From Pseudomonadota bacterium (GTDB lineage: Bacteria > Bdellovibrionota_C > UBA2361 > OMII01): a DNA stretch of 64,000 nt. The notes under the pieces are model-generated. The model saw only the letters and a program-made list of their open reading frames with translations, did not search any database and was not told where the DNA came from. The stretch is taken from contig JAYPVM010000007.1 in the NCBI GenBank assembly GCA_038134595.1, forward strand, positions 77,634 through 141,633, written 5' to 3'. Positions 57,553 through 64,000 of the stretch are shown piece after piece. The position numbers and the translations under genes are program-made. Each line of letters opens with the position of its first letter. Positions within the stretch are counted from its first letter, which is position 1.

Positions 57553-58920
57553 ATGAAAAGATTATCTATCGTTATTCTAATAGGACTCTGCTTATTACCA
57601 ACCACTTCTTGCACAAAGAAGGAATGGAAGTCTAACCGGCCGAATATATTATTTTTAATGCTCGACACCTTACGGGCAGACCACCTAAGTGGCTACGGAT
57701 ATGAGCGTAGCACAACCCCGATCCTAGACACCTTTGCAAAAGAGAACCTCAAAGCCGCATATGCCCTAACGGCCGCTCCGTGGACGCCAGCATCAGTTGC
57801 CTCAATGTTCACAGGTCTCTACCCAACCTCACACGGCATGGTTCCGCCAAATGACCGTTCACTCGCTAAGAGGGGGCTAGCGCGGTTAAATAGCAGTCTT
57901 GAAACACTCCCTGAGCGCTTGAAGGCCCTCGGCTATCAGACAGCGGGAGTCAGCCCGAATCCTTGGATTACAAAACAGTTTGGATACGCACAGGGATTCG
58001 ATGAGTTTCATTTTATAGCTCGAGAGCCTGCCGACAAGATAACTGAGTCAGGGCGCGAGATAATTGAAAAATGGGAAAAGAGCGGATCTGAAAAGCCGTT
58101 TTTCATGTACCTACACTTTCTAGATCCCCACAATCCATATGCTCCTCCTGCAGGATTCGACAAACGGTACTCGGGCGCTCTTCAGAAGAGCCCCTTTACC
58201 TACTCAGACCAGATGCAAAGCGATATCAATCTCTACGATGGAGAGATTGCTTTTATGGACCAAGAGCTAGGAAAGTTCTTTGCCTATCTGAAGCAAAAAG
58301 GGCTCTACGAGGACCTCATGATTGTTATCGTAGCCGACCACGGCGAGCAGTTTCTTGAGCACGGAAACGTCCGACACGGAAACAAGCCATACAACGAAGA
58401 AGCGCATGTACCGCTAATGATTAAAACAAATCGCAAGGTTGATAGCGGTCGAGTAATCACGGAATCAGTAAGCACCGTTGATATCCTTCCAACTATCCTC
58501 GCTCGTTTAGGAGAGGCGAAACCCAAGGATTTTCCCGGTGTCTCGCTTATGGATGAAAAAGCGGTCAAGCTCCGTCGGGGCGTGCTTACGGAAGTGCGGC
58601 GCATCTATGACATGAAGGCTATTACCGACAATCTCGGGCGACGACTCATAATGCAGGTGCCGTACACACAAGCAGAGCCAGATCCAATGAAGTCTCTTAC
58701 CGCGTGGGGCGAACCGCAAATAACTGGCATTTTTGACACCCGCAAAGACTATGCATGCTCAAAACCCATTGAAAACAAGGCAGTTCATGCTCGATTGAAG
58801 GGTGTATTTGACGAAACCCTCTCGGAAGCTGTTAAACTACTAGCCTCTCCTGGAGAGGAGGGAGAAGAGATTAAGGACGAAACTCTGGAACAATTAAAGT
58901 CCTTAGGTTATCTTCAGTAA
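57553..58920 (+). CDS. Sulfatase-like lipoprotein, Thr-type active site
   Basis: MKR, h-region, TTSC lipobox-like motif; PNILFLMLDTLRADHL, WTPASVASMFTGLYP, HFLDPHNPY, ADHGE and C-terminal LKSLGYLQ. Confidence 0.92.
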   Translation: MKRLSIVILIGLCLLPTTSCTKKEWKSNRPNILFLMLDTLRADHLSGYGYERSTTPILDTFAKENLKAAYALTAAPWTPASVASMFTGLYPTSHGMVPPNDRSLAKRGLARLNSSLETLPERLKALGYQTAGVSPNPWITKQFGYAQGFDEFHFIAREPADKITESGREIIEKWEKSGSEKPFFMYLHFLDPHNPYAPPAGFDKRYSGALQKSPFTYSDQMQSDINLYDGEIAFMDQELGKFFAYLKQKGLYEDLMIVIVADHGEQFLEHGNVRHGNKPYNEEAHVPLMIKTNRKVDSGRVITESVSTVDILPTILARLGEAKPKDFPGVSLMDEKAVKLRRGVLTEVRRIYDMKAITDNLGRRLIMQVPYTQAEPDPMKSLTAWGEPQITGIFDTRKDYACSKPIENKAVHARLKGVFDETLSEAVKLLASPGEEGEEIKDETLEQLKSLGYLQ

Positions 58921-58964
58921 GATAGAAAATAAAGCACTACACTCAATACTCAGGAGCTCGTGTA

Positions 58965-61034
58965 ATGAAGGGATTACTCGCTATCGCCATAGCGCTTACA
59001 ACGTTAACCTATGCTACAGACGCCCATGCATATATCGGCCCAGGTGCCGGATTTGCCTTCTTGGGCTCAACGCTTGTATTCGTAATTACCATCGGCATGG
59101 CCATAGTTACTATTCTCTTCTGGCCACTTCAATTGGCTTGGAGAAAGTTGCGAAACAAAGGTATCTCAAAACATGCACGAGCCAGAAGAGTTGTGGTCGT
59201 AGGCCTCGACGGTCTGGAGCCAAAGCTCGTTGAGAAATACATGAGCGAGGGACTACTTCCTAATCTACAAAAACTACAACAACAGGGAAGCTTCGCTCGA
59301 TTGGGCACCACACTCCCCGCCCTCTCACCTGTTGCATGGTCAAGCTTTCAAACTGGTGTAAATCCAGGCGCACACAACATCTTTGACTTTCTAACTCGTG
59401 ACAAACGCTATTGCCTTCCACAGCTATCCTCTACCGATACAAAAACATACGACAAGGCAATATCACTTCTTGGTCTTCGCTGGAAACGAAAGAAAACTTC
59501 GGTAGAGATAACTCGAAAGAGCCAACCATTTTGGAAGATTCTTGGCAAAAACGGCGTCTTCTCGAATATCATCAGAGTTCCTATTTCATATCCGCCAGAG
59601 AAGTTTAACGGCAACATCCTCTCTGCGATGTGCACGCCTGACTTAAAAGGCACTCAGGGAAGTTTCTCCTTTTTTACAGAAGAAAGCGCCTCTTCAGATG
59701 ATGCAGTCATCGGTGGAGAGACAAAGACCTTCACAACAAAAGAAAACAAACTCTGCGGCGAAATCCAGGGCCCACCATCTCCTGAAGGCAAGGGCTGGCT
59801 TACCCTTCCCTTTTCGCTTGCAGTGAACGGCACCAAAGACGCCGCCATCCTATCTATCGCAGACCAAACTATCGAACTTCGCTTAAACACCTTCTCTCCA
59901 TGGATAGAGGTAGGCTTTACACACGGGCGCTCCACTGTCTCTGGCATCTGCCGCTTCTGTCTGCGAAACAAGGGGGGCAGTGTTGCACTCTACGTTTCAC
60001 CGATAAACGTTCATCCAGAAAAACCTGCTTTGCCTATCTCTGAGCCTCAGATATTCTCCTCATGGCTAGCCAAGAAACACGGGCTCTATGGCACACTAGG
60101 GCTCATGGAAGACACCTGGGGTAGAAACGAACTTGCGCTTGATGACGCACGGTTCTTAGAGCAAACATGGCTTACCCACAACGAACGCGAGAAGATGTTT
60201 TTTGAAGCACTTTCAAAAACGCGTGAGGGGCTCTGCGCCTGCGTGTTCGATGCAAGCGATCGTATTCAGCATATGTTTTGGCGCTATCTCGATGAAAAAC
60301 ACCCTTCTCCGTTAGAGGACAAGGCTCAGTTTGGAAACACCATCCGCGACATGTACGTAAAGATGGATGACCTCATAGGTCGAATTCAAGCGAAACTAAA
60401 AGACAACGATCACCTCTTTGTTTTAAGCGATCATGGATTTGCTTCGTTTCGTCGATGTATCAACCTAAACACATGGCTTCTAAAAGAAGGCTATCTAACG
60501 CTAAAAGACGGCAAGACTATCGGACGAGACTACTTTCAAGATGTAGACTGGAGCAAAACAAAAGCATTTGCCGTCGGGCTATCAGGAATTTACATCAACC
60601 GAATCGGTCGTGAGGTAAACGGCATTGTAGATGACGCAGAAGCTGCCACACTTAAAGCAGAGATAACTCAAAAGCTTGAGAAGCTCCGTGACCCACAAGA
60701 TAATGCAGAAACCATTCGCAAGGTTCACGACGCAGATAGCTCGTACAAAGGACTCTACAAAGGCGAAGCTCCTGATCTAATCGTTGGATACCATCCGGGA
60801 TACCGGGTAAGTTGGGACTCAATCACAGGAACTGTTGAAGAACATATGTTCTCAGATAACCTTAAGGCATGGAGTGGAGATCACCACGTAGATCCAGAGC
60901 TAGTACCGGGCATTCTGTTTAGCAATCAAAAGCTCACTAAGAACGCTCCACACATTACAGACTTAGCACCAACGATTCTATCTCTCTTTGATGTAAAGGC
61001 TCCTCCTTATATGGAGGGGGATGTGATTGTGTAA
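58965..61034 (+). CDS. Alkaline phosphatase superfamily (type I phosphodiesterase/nucleotide pyrophosphatase-like) membrane-anchored protein
   Basis: VVGLDG, TTLPALSPVAWSSFQTG, DRIQHMFW, LSDHGF, WSGDH and DLAPTIL; N-terminal AHA|YIGPGAG followed by a TM. Confidence 0.9.
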   Translation: MKGLLAIAIALTTLTYATDAHAYIGPGAGFAFLGSTLVFVITIGMAIVTILFWPLQLAWRKLRNKGISKHARARRVVVVGLDGLEPKLVEKYMSEGLLPNLQKLQQQGSFARLGTTLPALSPVAWSSFQTGVNPGAHNIFDFLTRDKRYCLPQLSSTDTKTYDKAISLLGLRWKRKKTSVEITRKSQPFWKILGKNGVFSNIIRVPISYPPEKFNGNILSAMCTPDLKGTQGSFSFFTEESASSDDAVIGGETKTFTTKENKLCGEIQGPPSPEGKGWLTLPFSLAVNGTKDAAILSIADQTIELRLNTFSPWIEVGFTHGRSTVSGICRFCLRNKGGSVALYVSPINVHPEKPALPISEPQIFSSWLAKKHGLYGTLGLMEDTWGRNELALDDARFLEQTWLTHNEREKMFFEALSKTREGLCACVFDASDRIQHMFWRYLDEKHPSPLEDKAQFGNTIRDMYVKMDDLIGRIQAKLKDNDHLFVLSDHGFASFRRCINLNTWLLKEGYLTLKDGKTIGRDYFQDVDWSKTKAFAVGLSGIYINRIGREVNGIVDDAEAATLKAEITQKLEKLRDPQDNAETIRKVHDADSSYKGLYKGEAPDLIVGYHPGYRVSWDSITGTVEEHMFSDNLKAWSGDHHVDPELVPGILFSNQKLTKNAPHITDLAPTILSLFDVKAPPYMEGDVIV

Positions 61035-61231
61035 CCTAAATATAGAGAGACAGAGATAACCCTCCTCTAAAAAAGAGGTGGAAACAATCGCCTGCCGCTA
61101 CTGTCCCAACGACATCAAATAAACGGTAGGTTTCAGTTATAAGATATTACTGGGACTCCGCCTAAACTAACTACTGCACTTCGCCTTTAGCTCGGTCTGA
61201 ATACAGCAAAAGTCGTAACAGTCACGCTTCT

Positions 61232-62866
61232 CTATGGACAGCCCGATTCGGGATTGTAGAACAGCTCGCCTCGGAGCGTCGATGTGATGTGTTGCAACTT
61301 TAGGCCGGAGTTCTCGGCCGCTCTTTTCTCCTCACCGGAAAGCAGCAGATATTTAGCATGCAAGGGTCGCATGGCATCCGGATTCCATCTATCTAGACTC
61401 AATGAGCTTAGACCTAAACCTGCCGGAAGAGTCATCAGCGCGTGATTCCGAAGCCTTTGAGGAATCATTACGGTATTGCACCATCGATTTGAGGTGCTCG
61501 CGTTGAATACAAGATGACCCTCAACTTGCTTCTGAAATTGTTCCGCTCGAGAAACAAATGACTTGTTGAGATTTTGTCGGAGGAAGCCAAGGACATCCCG
61601 ATCATAAGATACTCCGTAAAAAAACGGCATCAAAGCGAAAATCGCAACAGCACCGTAACGTTTGAACGCACTAAGCAAAAAGAGGCTAAGGAGGGCATGC
61701 GGCGCTACCGTTCGGTAGCCGTTAATACTCCCAACCTTGTAGAGAAGTAACACCAATCCTGCACATGGTAAAAGGCTACTAATATGAGCAAAAGCCTCTT
61801 TTATGCGGTCAAAATCCTTCGAGATTCCGGGCTGTTTCGACCTGATACCAACGAGGTAAGTTATCCCAAATATAAAGTTCTTCAATAATTTGAAAACCAA
61901 TATCGCCAGAGAGTACGCGCATAGAGCTGTCACCTGCCTAAACAAATGAGGCACTATCGCGTTTCGATCTCTCTGCAAAATCTGTACGTTTGTCTCGAAT
62001 TGGCTTTTGAGAAGTTCGACCAACTCTTGAACATTGGGCACAGTCGACAATCGATTCATCGTACTGCTCGGAAACGGAGCTACAAGGTAATTAAAAGCAA
62101 GGATGCTTAACAGCGGAAGTCCTATTGACAGAATGAGGGTCAACAGAAGATTTCGAACAGCATATCTTCGCAATAGAAGAACCAAATATACTGGAAAAAG
62201 GGTGGCCCATGTGACACGAGCAAGAGAGCTATAGATAAAAAACATGAAAATCGATACGTGCAATCCCCGCGAGACGCCTTCGAGACGAGCTATCAATAAG
62301 AAAAAAATCGCCGCGAAGACTATTGCCAACATCTGATGAAGCCCTTGTTGCATCGTTGAGATCCAATAGACATGGGATGGAAGAAAGCTAGCGATAATGC
62401 AGGCCATGCTGACGAGTTAAAGGGCTTGGGGGCGGACGATAGCCATGAACACCAAGAGACCCAAACTATATAACGTAACGTTAGTAATGGTTGAATAATA
62501 TGGCAGCCAATCCCCCAGTAATCTCGCAAATATACCATACGTTAATGCATACACGGGGCCATGAGGGCCATAGGGAGAGAACGCCGCTGGTGCGGTATTT
62601 TGTTGTATTACAAAATACCCACTATCGAAGCCAGCTCTTCCGAAAGCTCGGACTTGCAAAAAGTGGGTTAGCTGATCGCTGGGAAACTCTGTGGCCTGAG
62701 CCTTCAGATTGATGTGCAAGTGGCTTGAAAGTTGCCAGTAAACTATCAGCGTCGGAAGGGCGAGAACCATAATCCCAAGTAAAAATCTGAGGGGCGCATA
62801 CTGATTGATACGTGATAGATAGTGCTTCGTGGATCTGTCTACTTCTATAGATTTCATTCTGCTCAT
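61232..62866 (-). pseudogene. Polytopic GT-C-like membrane protein gene interrupted by one in-frame TAA (62417-62419)
   Basis: ORFs 62417-62866 and 61232-62407 are in the same frame: ...CAA GCC CTT TAA CTC GTC AGC ATG...; read-through gives one ~544-codon membrane protein. Confidence 0.75.
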
Positions 62867-63197
62867 TTCTTAACATGTTATCAGCGAGACGTCTGTATCA
62901 TAAAAAACGCGGGCAGTACGCAACTATTGAATTTGATTTTGGTGATTGCGGCCTCCTCGAATCGTGCGGATACTCTCAGTCCTCTCGAAACGCGGCGGTA
63001 TCAACCGGAATGTGAATCTTTTACCATAATTACTTTCTTACTCTGGCACAGCATCTGCTCGTGACCGAAAGTACTATCAGACCCTTGTCATTTACCCTTT
63101 CATTAACGGCTAGGCCACTTGGAAATCTAATGTAAAGTCGAGAAAATCTAATGCCTGTGACTATCGCCTAGGTCCCTATTTTCGCAACACTACTTTA

Positions 63198-63929
63198 CTA
63201 CTTTGCAACTCCATGGCCGGGCGCAATACGGATGAATTTAGCCGACAAATATCCAATTTCCTTTGTCTGCTCCGGACACTGCAGTTTCTTGTCAGCACGG
63301 ATAGATTGGTACATTCCTCTTACAACTGGCTTGTAGACATCTAAGCTCTCGCATTTGAATTCTGGCCTTAACGAATCAAGCAGCTTCTCAGGTATTATCT
63401 TATGCGGCTCACAAGCAGTCGGTGAATGATTTACTTCCACCAGAAGCAAAAACAATCCGCCTGGACGAACCACCCTCTTTATCTCTTCTATCGTTCGATC
63501 GACATCTTTGACATGATCTAGTGAATTAAAGGAAAAGACTGCGTCACACTCCGCGTCCTGCAGTGGTATTTGCTCGGAAGGATCGGCAACATACTCCATT
63601 TGGTGTTGGGCCGCGCCAAGTCTGAGGTATTCCTGCGCAAGCGGATCAAGTCCAATACGACGCGATGCCATTGATGCCCACTCAAGACTCCCACGTGGTC
63701 CACATCCAATGTCCAAAACAACCTTACCGTTATAGTAAGAGGCATCCAGTCCAAAGTGTTTTGTATAGAAATGCTCAAAGTGCCTATTCGATAGCTGCCC
63801 TTCTGCTTTCTTTCTTTCCTCCCAGTATTTTAGCTCGTTGAGCTCCTTCCAACGAACAGGGAACAGTTTTCCTTTAATCAAGGGAGTTAAGTTTTTTGCT
63901 ATGAGCCTTAATTTATGGGGCAGCTGCAT
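63198..63929 (-). CDS. Class I SAM-dependent methyltransferase (Methyltransf_11-like)
   Basis: VLDIGCGP, IGLDP, DAVFSFNSLDHV and RVVRPGG. Confidence 0.92.
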   Translation of the reverse strand: MQLPHKLRLIAKNLTPLIKGKLFPVRWKELNELKYWEERKKAEGQLSNRHFEHFYTKHFGLDASYYNGKVVLDIGCGPRGSLEWASMASRRIGLDPLAQEYLRLGAAQHQMEYVADPSEQIPLQDAECDAVFSFNSLDHVKDVDRTIEEIKRVVRPGGLFLLLVEVNHSPTACEPHKIIPEKLLDSLRPEFKCESLDVYKPVVRGMYQSIRADKKLQCPEQTKEIGYLSAKFIRIAPGHGVAK

Positions 63930-64000
63930 TTTAGGTTTCCATTTTTAACGTTTAGGGTCATTGGGGTGGAACCCAAAACCAAGCTGATATTACTAGGAAA

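Noticed and set aside
62417..62419. Stop-codon reassignment or selenocysteine/pyrrolysine recoding
   Set aside because: The codon is TAA, which terminates many genes in this window; Sec uses TGA and Pyl uses TAG.
1..64000. Prophage, IS element, integron or known defence system
   Set aside because: No integrase, transposase, phage structural or recognisable defence genes were found; the thermonuclease is a stand-alone exported type.

Overview
A gene-dense 64-kb stretch of a Gram-negative bacterial chromosome (KdsD and HldD imply LPS). I see no rRNA, tRNA, CRISPR array, prophage or IS element. From left to right: (1) a minus-strand Tad/Flp pilus operon (cpaE-flp-cpaB-cpaF-tadB-tadC) running off the left edge; (2) an acyltransferase-3 remnant, a rhomboid pseudoprotease and a TMEM43 homolog; (3) housekeeping and envelope genes (NUDIX, Alg5-like GT2, methyltransferase, nitroreductase, GT-C, hldD); (4) a 957-aa glycogen-synthase-like protein with a CBM-like extension and no KTGG lysine, then a thermonuclease and copA; (5) an orphan of about 1,385 aa with a cryptic ~157-aa repeat, followed by a small Pro/Glu/Thr peptide; (6) kdsD, ampG, glnA and a TPR protein; (7) a polyprenol-phosphate glycosylation locus of the type known from archaea and Chloroflexi (GtrB-like GT2, FAD oxidoreductase, TIGR03663/Agl23-like protein, two DUF2298 'YYY' proteins); (8) Thr-nucleophile sulfatase-like enzymes, further GT-C proteins and a domain-inverted NewPHL-type photolyase; (9) a mucin-like surface protein with seven FG-GAP repeats; (10) ScsB/DsbD plus a redoxin, CNNM, an alkaline-phosphatase-superfamily enzyme, a GT-C-like gene broken by one TAA, and a methyltransferase. 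The best candidates for undescribed biology are the YYY/TIGR03663 glycosylation system (with a possible Thr-rich substrate), the giant repeat protein with its peptide partner, and the atypical glycogen synthase. All family calls come from reading motifs by eye; no searches were run.
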